Source: Rhynchobatus australiae (lineage: Eukaryota). From it: 64,000 nucleotides of DNA. Both the position numbers and the translations under genes were made by a program. The notes under the pieces were generated by a model. That model saw only the letters and a list, made by a program, of their open reading frames with translations. It searched no databases and was not told the origin of the DNA. Shown here piece after piece: positions 13,900-25,599 of the stretch. Where the stretch lies: contig JAUZTB010000048.1 in the NCBI GenBank assembly GCA_034780895.1, positions 14,457,831 to 14,521,830 on the forward strand, written 5' to 3'. Position 1 is the first letter of the stretch, and the number at the start of each line of letters is the position of its first letter.

Positions 13900-14210
13900 A
13901 CCAGCAATGAACTACCCAATTACACTAACACGAAACTACAGTAATCCCATTTTATTCTCACTGCGTTCCCATCAACTCTCCCCAGAATTTACAACTCACC
14001 TACACTCTTGGGTCAATTTACAGTGGACAATTAATCTACCAACCCATACGTCTTTAGGATATGGGAGGAAACTGGAGCACCCAGGGAAAATCCATGCAGT
14101 CACAGGGAGAACATGCAACCTCCACACAGACAGCACCCGAGGTCAGCATTGAACTGGAGTCTCTGGAGTTGTGAGGCAGCAGCTCTACTAGCTGTGCCAC
14201 TGTGCTGCCC
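13900..14210 (-). mobile_element. V-SINE-type SINE
   Basis: 'gggaggaaactggagcacccagggaaaatccatgcagtcacagggagaacatgcaacctccacacagacagc', with the tRNA-like head ending 'gccactgtgctgccc'. Confidence 0.85.
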
Positions 14211-14234
14211 CTTTTCTCTCAGTTGTCAGAGAAA

Positions 14235-14597
14235 TCCCATTTCCCCCATTTCTGTCCTTGCCACCAATTCTTTCTCACGTGCCCATCAACTCCCACCTGA
14301 CCCACGTACCACCCATCTTCACAACATTAATTGTCAGTAGCCAGTGAACCACCATGTCCTTGAGATGTGGGAGGAAACCAATGTTGTCACAGGAACAAAG
14401 TGCAAACTCCACACAGACAGCACCAGAAAGCAGGATCGAACCCAGGTCACTAGGGTCTAGCATAGGTGCAAATGTGACTGTTTTAAATGGGAATCTTGGT
14501 CAGCATGGATCAGTAGGGCTGAAGGGGCTGTTTCTGTGCTGTATGACTCAATGACACTGGAGCTGTGAAACAGCAGCACTATCTGCTGCGCTACTCT
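14235..14597 (-). mobile_element. Second V-SINE-type copy, with a plus-strand CR1 tail (about 14455-14553) inserted in its head
   Basis: SINE core at 14360-14450 resumes at 'ctggagctgtgaaacagcagc'; the insert carries gggctgaaggggctgtttctgtgctgtatgactc. Confidence 0.75.
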
Positions 14598-17500
14598 GTC
14601 ATTTGTATTGGTTCATGCATGCACTTACCTAGTAGAGAGCTGCAATAGATGTAGACCATCAATCTTTGCACAATGAGACTCTGATAAAAACAGAGCAATT
14701 GTACAATGTAGTAAAAGAGAGGCCACCTGTCTAATGGAAAACAGAAACCGAAAGACTTACCATTCCAGCTCACTTTCTTCCATGTGGGAATCCTGGTGAT
14801 TATTTATTCTGTCCCATTTTATTGAAGGAAAGTTCTGTACAGTTTGCCACATAATGTGTGTGGCATACAGAGACGCACAGAGGGAGATGCAATTGTCTTT
14901 TCTTTAAATGAGGGGTAATAAATCTTTATCTTTTTTTAAGCTTTGAGATTTCTCTGCTTGTAATTATTTTTTGGTCAAACTTACCTTTCACAAGGACATT
15001 GTGCTTTACACTGCTTCCATCTACTAGTGCTCCAGAGCTATCAAATCCCTGAACTGAGAACCACTCTTTATGATCACTCCGTCATTCCGTGCTGTAAAGA
15101 GTTAATGCCATGAGTTTGTCTCGGATTGAATCATGCTGGCATTCCATTGTCATGCAGCCCCCTCCTTCCTTTGCTGCATTTCCTTCCATCCATCCAATTT
15201 AATTGGGCATTGTATATAATTTTAAGTTTTATCATTGAATCTCTGCAGAGCCTAGATGCCTCTTTACGTCTGAAGGTTATGTGATGCTATGTGACCACGT
15301 TCAATAACAATTCAATAAAATCAGTCATCACTGAAAATTCTGGAGCCACAAATCTCATTTTGCTTTAATACAACTGACTACTGGCACAGTTATTATTATA
15401 TTTCTAGTGTGGAAATCATCTCCTTATCCTGTATAATGCAGAGTGGATAGAGTCCTTAGGGGCAGAGAAAACCTTGTCCACTGGTGAAGATCAAGGCGGG
15501 CAGACAGCAGATGGATTTGATTGTTCTGTGTCTTGTGCAGACCTGGGGAGTAGACTCAGGAGGTTAGACATAGAGAAACGAGCACAGGAGAAGCTCATGG
15601 TGGGTTGTGACTGAATGATGCCTGACAGGAAAGCCTTTCAGTCTTTTGTATTACAAAATAAATTCTGTAGCCCTCTTAAACCCAGCATAAAAAATCTGTC
15701 ATTCACCTCCCAGGGACTACGTCAGTCAAACTCTAGTCGGACATAATAGCAAAATTGCTTTTCTCAGGGCACGCACAGCCAGGTTCAGAATACAAAAGTA
15801 TCATGCTTTGGGGAGAAGGAAAAAAAAGAAAATGAAGTTTCAGAAATGTCATTCTGAGGTAATGAGGCGTGGGCAGAAAGTATACCCCGCGCATCATTTG
15901 ATAGAGATGCTGGTCGAAATAGCTTCATTGATGTGTCAGCACTCGTCTATCAATCAATCATCCATTACACTTTGCAAGTAACAATAACTGCAAAAGCTAC
16001 AGGGCAGCTTATAGAATTCGCTTATGGGTATCAAAAACAGCAGTTAAAATGCAGTTTTGACATGAAAAGCATGAAGCAAGTAATTTTTTTATGGCAGGAG
16101 GGAAAGATGCACTAGACCAAGAAGCGCATTGATGATACGGCCGTGGTTTGACTTTATTTAATGTTGCAACCAGACTTGGATATGAAAGTTGGTTCATTCC
16201 TTTTATCTGTAGACCACACATCTGGAAATGAATCCAGCGGGAAAGACAGCCACACTTAGCTGAATACCTCATTTGTACACAGAAATAAGAAATTAAAACT
16301 ATAGCCTTGATAATCAATTATCCAAAGTGAAACATAGCTCCTCTATTGACCCAGAAACTACTAAGTGAACAGCTTTTTGCCTTGGATTCCATATGTTCTG
16401 TTTGTATTGCAAATCTCTCAGCTGTGTGCCAACTTGAGGGCAATAGTTTGATTTTTTTTCTGGCTTGCCTCCAAAGTAGATTAAAATTATTAATGTTGTA
16501 CTTTAGGAGTCCTTTTGATTATAGTTACCCATCANNNNNNNNNNNNNNNNNNNNNNNNNNNNNNNNNNNNNNCCAGGACCATGCTGGTTTATAGCAGGTA
16601 TACTGAAACTGGAGAAGAGAACCATTGGAAACTCCAATTTGTTATTTATTTATAAATTTGACACTACACACCATGCAAAATTAAAATCTTCAGCTTGTGA
16701 GTCATCAAATTGCATTGACAGCAAGCTTCTGTTTAAAGTCATGCCGATGGCTAGAAGCATGTGACTAAGAGAACCAGTTATCCCTGTTCTTCACTCTTGT
16801 CTGTGCTCTGATGCCCGTTCTAATTGCCAGCAGGTCAGTTTACAAATAAAATTTGATGCATGCCAGCAAAGATTGCATCTCTATGTCTACATTTGGATGC
16901 AAAAAGATAGGTTTGTTGAAAGGATAAAATGTACTTGGCAAATACATTCAGATCAGATTCAAGTCTGCTTTTTGTAGATTTAAATAAATAACATTTAAAG
17001 TAAGGAGCGTGACTGATGAGAATCAACTCTACTGACTTTTCAATGACAGTGCACATCATTGGCAATTTGAGAAGGCCTACTTGTTGAAGTTAAATTCTAT
17101 TGAATTTAATTAGGTTGTGATAGATCTTTTCCCTTGGATTCCTTTCTTTCTCAGAATGAATGGGGTTTGGGCTGAGAATTTGAATAGGCAAGACAATGTA
17201 CTGAACAATAAATGGCCAACATCATTGTCTGTTGTAAGTAACATTACAATCATCTAGCTCTGTTACCTTAGTTCTTATTAGTAAATAACATTGCACTCTC
17301 ACTGCCAAAATATCCATCCAATCACATCCAGTGTCACAATTTTGCCAGATGACTCCACTATCATATTGAAAAGAAGTAAAGCATGTTTCGATTTCATTAT
17401 TAGCAAATGATGATATTCACCCCATCAAATTTGACCTGTTACTGGAGTATGGATGTTATCATAATGGTCCAAGAGTGCCTGGGAAGGAATGATCATTACA

Positions 17501-19663
17501 GGTGGTGAAAACCTCAGTGCAAATGAGTGTGTTCCAATTGATTTTTGTGTGTGAAGGTGGACTGAAGTCTGTAGTTCAGTTCTGGACTGAAATTTGAATT
17601 ACAGCCAATATAAATATGCAGCTCATCATTTTAACTGGTGCCGAACTGTTCCGATTCCCAATAATAATAGATTTGCATATGTAAAAGTCCCGGATGTTTG
17701 ACATCAGTTGCAAGGACATACAGCCAAAAAAAAAGAACTAATCCTTCAGCTGCCAAGGCAGGCAGTCACGAGTCCTCCGTTGAAACAAAAAAAATGAACA
17801 CAAAAATACATCATTAAAATATGATGCCAATATCCTAAAACTGGATAGATTATGAAAACATGTTATCCTTGTTCCATTATTACATTGTATATTGATTCTA
17901 ATTGCTAGATTTTAATGTAATGAAGATAAGGGATAGAGCTTGGTTTAAGGATAATTAAAATAGCTGGTACCAGGCACAGCAAGGACTATTAGAATTTGCT
18001 ACAAAGGAATTTCCTTCAAGTGCTGGACTCTGTACTGATATCTGAATAGTGACAAAAAGTCTGAAAATTTAGTACACAAAATTAGAATTAACCACTATAA
18101 AACCAGCTGTTAAAACCTTTGAATACAATTTCCTTGCTAAAAGCAGTAACACAAGAGTACAGAGAAAGTATCTTTATAAATTGAAAATGAAGTAATCCAA
18201 TTAGCAATACAAAGACTACAGTGAGACAGTACCATTCACATTATGATGCCATCAGTAGTTATAAAGAGCCTTTACTTGTGGATAAGATTTTTTTTAACCC
18301 TTGTATAATTAGCAGCTTGTACTCAAGAAGCTGAATTTTCAACTACATATTGTGCTTGGCATTGATCTGTCACAGCAGTGTGTAAATAATACCAGCACAG
18401 ACTTGCAGATAGATAAATTTGAGGAAACAGCAGGAGTGCAGGACTGCAGAAACCCATGGAATGATCTTTTTTCTTCCATGTTTACACAATGATTGAATTT
18501 CACACCAGTGTCAGCTTTTGAGAATGAAGCAATCTAAACTTTTATCTGAATACATAAAAATAATGACATGCAGCAATTAGCAAACAACTCTCATGCTTAA
18601 GCATCAATTCAAAACAACGAGAACCTTGTATTATACTAGGAGCTTTTCCACAGGTGCAATAGGGCAATAAAATGGTTAAATCTGAGAACTCTTCATAACT
18701 GTGCTGGTTATGTAAAAAAAACTAGAGATATTCAAAATGGCTGACAGCAGTAGCCCTCTAGTTACTTCATGTACCCTTATAGTTTACTCAAGTCTAAATA
18801 TAGCCTGCTAATACTTATTCAGACATTTTATAATTCAACTGCATGTTGTATATAAATATTCTTACCTTCATTTTTTTTTAAATTCCAGTTGTATATTTAC
18901 TTGAAGCTCAAAGACTTGGGTGGATTGGGTGGGGCAGGGTGGGAGAGGGGGAGCGTGGGCGTGGGGGGAAGTTGCATTGTTTAAGGATACATTAGAGGAG
19001 TTAGAAGAAACTGCACTTCAATTTTTATTATGAAGACATGAAGCACTGTATATACATGTAAAATATTCAACCCAAATAACTGTTAGGGTCTATGTTTTCA
19101 TGTTGTATTGGCTGTTCTTTTGAAAAGATGTTCCACTTTTTTTGGTACAGATTATTTACCTGCTAAATGCTGTTTTGCCTTCTGGCAACAGTTTAAATGT
19201 CACAGAAAAATTTGGCTGTTTCCTAATATGGCACTAGTCACAATAAATCTGGCCAAGACAAAGTCACCTTACTCTGAAGTACTGTTTAACAGGCCTCTGC
19301 CCCAACTGCATATATAGCCAATATTATTGATAAGTAAAATTCCTTAATATGCCTCAGCAGAGTATCATGTAAATGTTTAGAATGCAGAGACAACAATTAA
19401 GGTTTCTCAAGCTTTGATTTGATACTTATTTATTGCATCTTTTAATCAGTATATGAAAGAGATAATTGAGTAAATATAAACTATTAATAGCAAAACAACA
19501 TTGAAAATTGAGAGAAAATGCCAGCCATATATTTATGCACTGACTTCCAAAATAAATGAAGTTTCCTTTGCATTTCCACCAACCAATTATTATTTTTAAA
19601 TAAAGCCCGAGAAACTATTTCCTGGCATTGAATAGAATCGTCCAAGATTATAGTCTTGTATTG

Positions 19664-19669
19664 AATAAA
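19664..19669 (+). promoter_or_regulatory. Candidate polyadenylation signal of the plus-strand gene
   Basis: AATAAA followed about 25 nt later by U/GU-rich 'tttcttttgttgttt'; a second AATAAA lies at 19599-19604. Confidence 0.55.
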
Positions 19670-20419
19670 ACTTTGTCATTAAAATATTGCATTTCTTTTG
19701 TTGTTTAAAATCTATTCATTATCTGAATCTCACTGATGTATAATTTTGTAACAGACTGCCTTTTGTTTTAGTACAGTGGTTCCTGTACTGTTTGTATTGA
19801 ATTTAAGTTGAAACTGCTTGTAGTGNNNNNNNNNNNNNNNNNNNNNNNNNNNNNNNNNNNNNNNNNNNNNNNNNNNNNNNNNNNNNNNNNNNNNNNNNNN
19901 NNNNNNNNNNNNNNNNNNNNNNNNNTTGTAGTGTTGATCCACCAGGACACAAGCCATGAAAAGGCTTGTTTGTGTCAGACTGGGTTCTCCAATGATAATG
20001 ATAATGACCTATAATACAAAAAAAGTGGATATGTATAAAAAAACTGATGCACTTATTAAAGAGAACTATTTATATGATTAAAAAATATATATTTAGATTT
20101 TTTCCAAGCACAACTCTGAACAAAAAGTGCTCTTTTTATTCTTTATGAAGATGAACTGTTTCTGATCTTTCTACATCAGGCTAAATAAACTCTGTAAGGA
20201 CATTTGAAAAAAATGCCTTTTGTGTATTTATTGAGTCATGCTCAATATTTCCTGTTTGACTTTAGCAACACATTGCACTTTTTATCCACACTTGTCCTTT
20301 GTCAGACTCAGATGTCATTCTGGATTTAGATTCCATTCTGATGCTTATTAATATCATCTCAAGATGGGTGGTGCGAGACTTGGGTTTAGAAGTTGGTATT
20401 GAGTCTCAGAAAGAACAAA

Positions 20420-20710
20420 GGCTGAGGAAGCTAATGGCCTAGTTGTCTAAAGATAGATCACCAATGACAGGACAAAGTAAATCAGTTATGCACAAGTGGC
20501 CAGAGTTGGAGGAACGCCGAGTTTCGAGTGGGCCGGGGAGCTTTAAAGCAAAGGCCATATCCTGATGAGACTTTTCAAATTGAGCCATTGGTTGACCTGA
20601 AGCTAGTATAAGTCTGAGAACATGTGGCAATGGGTGAATGGGGCTTGGGCTATATTAGGCAGAGTTTTGAATGAGCTAGGTTTATGGAAAATAAAAGTCT
20701 GGAATAACCC
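20420..20710 (-). mobile_element. Decayed L2-like LINE fragment
   Basis: 'cacaagtggccagagttggaggaacg...aatgggtgaatggggcttgg...ggcagagttttgaatgagc' resembles antisense elasmobranch L2 ORF2 3' sequence (from recall). Confidence 0.5.
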
Positions 20711-21614
20711 ACCCAATATACTGCAAGGCATGCTTGGAGGTTTCAGAAGATGACCAAAGATAATGATATTATGAAGATGTGTCTTTCCTGGGATTCTGGC
20801 TTTGGAGTTCTTCTGTTTTCCAGTACTGTGTCTGAGTGGTTATTCAAAGTTAAACCTGCTACTGAAATTAATTTATTGTTTTAAAGACACTGGCTAAATA
20901 CAAGTTATTGTATCAGGTGACCAGTTGAGTGCTCAGGCATTTCAATGAGTGATTCTTGCCCAACATCCACATGCATAGTTATTCCAGAAAGGGTCACTGA
21001 ACAACAATCAAGAGCATGAATCCGAGCACAGGGTCACCGACAGCAACAAAAATTAAATCAGTAATTCAACACAAGCTAGAAAACAAAACAAGGTAAGTTA
21101 TCGATTTTTTGGATGTGTTTTTGTATTATATCAGATGCAGATGTTAAGTTTTTTTTCCACAGGTCCATTTTGAATCCAAGCTACTGAACAAAATCTGGTG
21201 ATGTTCAAATTGTTTGCAGAAAAGTTCAGAAGCAGATTGCCCAGCACCACTTCCCATATCGCCCCAACATGTAGAAATAAAGCTTACACTTACATCTTAC
21301 AGAAATTCTGTAGAATTCAGGTCTTTTCTTACACTGACACTTTAAGATGATTTATGTTGGGCTGGGAAGATGGATTAACGCTTTAAGGACTGTGGTGACA
21401 CTCTAATGAGAATCTTAACTGTGTGCATAGTACTCCTGCAGAGAGAAACTTTCTGATTTATTATNNNNNNNNNNGTTATAAACAGCACTCATCCTAAAAT
21501 CCCATGAGGAGTTTTTGATGTCGTTAATGCTGTAGCTATACTTATGCATATTTCCTCAAATGTCATATAGTTAAAAGGCATGCATTGGAAACTATGAATG
21601 ATTGTCTTAGAGAA

Positions 21615-22580
21615 TCATCTCCTTAGGCAGTCCCTCAGGATTGAGGATGGCTTGCTTCCACACTGGTTTTGTGGGTTCTGAGGTGACTGATGAAGTCATT
21701 GTGGGAACTGCAGGCTCTTCCATGGATTGCGCATGTGGTGCTTGACAAGGCAAGCAGAAAGCTTAGTTGGGAGGTCATGGACTCCTTCTGCATCTGCTCA
21801 GGGCTTCTCTGTGCTCCCAGAACAAGGACTTGAGATTCTCAATACCATCCTGAATGCTCCTTCTCCACTTTGAGCAGCCACAGGCCAGAAATTCCCAGGA
21901 GTCAATGAAGATATTGCATTTATTTTTTTAAAATGAGGCTCTAAGCATATTCTTGAATCTGTTTCTGTGTCTGTGTAGTAATCTCTCCCTAGATTGTGAT
22001 TAAAAGATGTCAGGCATGCCACCAACCTGCCTTCCCATTGTAGCTAACTGAGTACAAGAAGGATCTCAATGCTGATGGTGTTGGCCTTGGAAAGGTAACT
22101 GATGTTGTTTTGCTTATCCTCCCAGTCAACTAGGAAGACTTTGCAGAGACAGTGTCTGTGATACGTTTCTGATGCAGGGAGATGTCAACTGCAGGAAGTC
22201 CAGATCTCAGAAATCAGAGGAGGGCAGGAATCACTGCTGCCTGGTAGACCTTGAGTTTATGCCAGGTCTGAGATGTTGATCTTCAAGTACCCTTTTCCTC
22301 AACTGACCAGACTCAATGCTGGCACGTTGAAGGTGGCAATGATTCCATCCTCAATGTTTGCCTTCACCAAATGGTGGCTCCCGAGATATGGGAAGTGATC
22401 CGCATTTTGTGGAGTCTTGTTGTGAATCTTCATTGTTGAAGGGTAATGTAGGACAGCAGGGGCTGGTTGGTGAAGGACATTTGTCTGGCAGACATTCAGA
22501 GCAAGGCCCAATCTGTCTATAGTCCAAATGCCATGGACCTCAACCTCTGTTTGCAAACGGAGGCATCATCTGTATTTTCT
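21615..22580 (-). mobile_element. RTE-clade LINE, 5'-truncated and decayed
   Basis: ORF 22299-22556 (RLGLALNVCQTNVLHQP...DHFPYLGS) resembles the last RTE RT subdomains; degenerate xADDA near 22560-22575; RTE-like 3' end 'tccttaggcagtccctcaggattgaggatggcttgcttcc'. Confidence 0.8.
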
Positions 22581-24284
22581 TATGATACAGGTGCAGTTAG
22601 TATATATTTTAAATACGAAGAACATATCCCTCTCCATGCTGTTTATTCTGAAATTCTTATGTTTTCTTTCTAAATATTAATGCTGTTTATTCTGTTACCC
22701 CTTAGTTTCAGCTCCTTAATTTATAGAAGCCAGTAAGCTTGGTACACAAGCACCATTGTCATCAAACTTGGAAATACCTTCTGTAAAAATACCAAAAATA
22801 ACTATTTTTGAGCATTTTCTTCTTCTGAATCACATTTCTTTAAATATGGAGGAAGTATAGGATAGAATTGCTGCAGAAGGAGGAGAACTCCAGGGGTCAT
22901 TGGACTTACTGATTTATGCCCATTAATGCTTGTGCAGTAACAGCTTGCATTTATATTCAGGTATATTTATAGTATTTCAACCCGAGAATTGGCCCAGAAT
23001 GTGATGGGAGGTTGAGTTCACGTATCCATGCATGTTTCTTTTTAAAGAAACGTGTTCATTTTATAAAAAACATTATCAATCTATTAATTTGGTGCTGTCA
23101 CTAAGTTAAGATGAAATGGAAGGAAAAGATAAATGGAAGATTATTTAACTAATGTGAATGTTTTGAGGTTTTGTATGTGGATTTCCTTCATGTCTGATAT
23201 CAGAGCCAGTTGGTACACCCATACTGGCTTATTTATGCTGCTGCAGTCAATAATTAAGTAATTTTTGCCATTTAAAGTTCTGAATAATCCAAGAATTTGG
23301 ATGAAAAATGGACATAAGACAGCACAGCTGGAGTCCCTCAGACATTTGAATTAAATAACATTGAATATAGTACAGTGCCACAGCAGATGTGAATTCATCT
23401 CATTTTCACTCCCTCCTTTCAGGGCTGAATTACATCAGCTGCAGTACTTCTGACTATTGGAATAAACCTATCAGAGTTCAGAGACTTAACCATGCAAATA
23501 TATGCTTAGAACTGGATATTTTACTTCCTGTTCCTGACTTGCTAAATTTAACCAGAAACATACAGCTGCTGTTTTTTTTAATTTCATATAGATAACTTAA
23601 ACGTAACAAGAAAAGTCAAGTGTTCATTTGTACATTTGTAAGTGTATTCAGGATCAATGCCCAATAGACCATGCCAGATACAGCCTCCACGGAGTCACTC
23701 GGCAACCAAATCGTAACATAGGACTCAATTTACACATGGATCAGCAATCTGCACATTTGTGAAAGGAAGTAAAAATAATTAGAAATAATTCAAAAATGAT
23801 ATTCATTAAAGGTAAACAAAGTGTTAAGAAAGCAAAGAGTGGGTATAATTCCATTAACANNNNNNNNNNNNNNNNNNNNNNNNNNNNNNNNNNNNNNNNN
23901 NNNNNNNNNNNNNNNNNNNNNNNNNNNNNNNNNNNNNNNNNNNNNNNNNNNNNNNNNNNACTGAACTGAAATAGTATAAAATACATTAGTACACTTTGAT
24001 ATTGCAGTTAACATGTCTTTCAGATGGGAAATTAAACCAAAGCCATCTGCTTGTATGGGAGGACATAAAATACCTCATAACACTTATTCAAAGAGGAACA
24101 GGGAGTGCTTCTGGTGTTGACATACTTCACTCAGCCATAACCACCAAAAACCACATTGCTCTATTCCTTTACCATATGTGAGACTTTGTTGCATCACATT
24201 AGAGATGCCTGAGCCCCCACAGCAACAAGATTGCTTTAAAACACCCTGACCAACATCTATCTCTCAGCCTACATCAGTTTAAAA

Positions 24285-24375
24285 CGTAGAACAGCACAGG
24301 AACAGGACCTTCAGCCCACAATGTCTTCACTGACTATGATGCAAATCTAAGTTAATTCCATCTGCCTGCACAAAC
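24285..24375 (-). mobile_element. CR1 element A, 3' terminus (continues at about 25450-25598 and 27845-28140)
   Basis: Antisense CR1 tail; colinear CR1 sequence resumes after each of two insertions. Confidence 0.7.
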
Positions 24376-24379
24376 ATGG

Positions 24380-25392
24380 GACATAGAACAGTACAGCACA
24401 GGAACAGGCCCTTCAGCCCACAATGTCAATGCCAAACACAATGTCAAATTAAACTAAGTTTCTTCTGCTTGTTAAGGATCCATATCCCTCCATTCCCTGC
24501 ATATTCATGTGTCTATCTAACAGCCTCTTAAATACCACTATCTTATCTGCTTCCACCACTACCACTGGCAGCCTGTTCCAGGCACCTACCACTCTCTGTG
24601 TAAAAAACTTGCTCTGCACATCTCCTTTAAACTTTCCCCCCTCACCTTAAATGTATGTCCTCTGGTACTTGACACTTCTACCCTGGGAAAAGGATTCTGA
24701 CTGTCTACCATAATTTTATAAACTTCTATCAGGTCTCCACTCAGCTTCCACCGCTCCAGTAAAAAAACAACCCAAGTTTGTCCTCCTTATAGCTCATAAC
24801 CTCTAATCCAGGCAGCATCCTGGTAAACCTCTTCTGCACGCTCTCCAGAGCATCCACATCCTTCTTGTAATGGGGTGACCAGAACTGCACACAATATTCC
24901 AAGTGCAGTCTAAACAAGGTTTTATATAGTTGCAACGTGACTTCCTGACTCTTATACTCAATGCCCAGACCAGTGAAGGAAAGCATGGCACATGCCTTCG
25001 TTACCACCCTATCTACTTGCATGGCCACTCTCAGTGAGCTATGGACTTGGACCCCAAGATCCTTCAGTACATCAGTGCTGTTCTGGGTTCTGCTATTAAC
25101 TGTATACTTCCCCCTTACCTCCTAAGGTCCAACACTTCACACTAAACTCCATCTGCCATTTCTCCACCCATATTTGTAACTGATCTATATTCTGCTGTAT
25201 CCTTTGAAAGCCCTCTACACTATCCACAACTCCACCAATCTTTGTGTCATCTGCAAACTTACTAACCCACCCATCTACATTTTCATCCAAGTCATTTATA
25301 TTTATCACAAACAACGAAGGCCCCAAAACTGATCCCTGTGGAACACCACTGGTCACAGACCTCCAGCCACAATAAGACCCTTCACCAATCAA
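24380..25392 (-). mobile_element. CR1 element B (RT domain to 3' end)
   Basis: WRSVTSGVPQGSVLGPSLFVININDLDENVDGWVSKFADDTKIGG and HLEYCVQFWSPHYKKDVDALESVQKRFTRMLPGL. Confidence 0.95.
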
Positions 25393-25599
25393 GCACCAAC
25401 ATCCCTAATCAGGCCATGCTTTTCTGAATGTGCATAAATCCTATTCCTAAGATCTATATCCATCTATTCCCTGCCTGTTTATAATATGCGTCCAGCTACG
25501 TGCTTCTTAAGTATTGCAGTTGCATCTGCTTCTACAACTTGCCAGGCAGTGTGTTCCAGGCACCTACCACTCTGTGTTAAAAACTCGCCTTGCAAATTT

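Larger units (their letters stand above)
9882..19690 (+). other. TSHZ2: Putative non-coding terminal exon (long 3' UTR) of teashirt homolog 2
   Basis: Strong acceptor ttctttttcttctcctctcag ending at 9881. 'ctcttcattctcactaacaatttggtaatgaagtattgatt...attagattttcattgataaa' (about 10011-10096) matches my recollection of the start of the human TSHZ2 last exon. TSHZ2 is the convergent neighbour of ZNF217 in human. The region is TE-poor and ends with AATAAA at 19599 and 19664 plus a U-rich tract. No coding sequence is in the window, and the 3' end is inferred. Confidence 0.6.
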
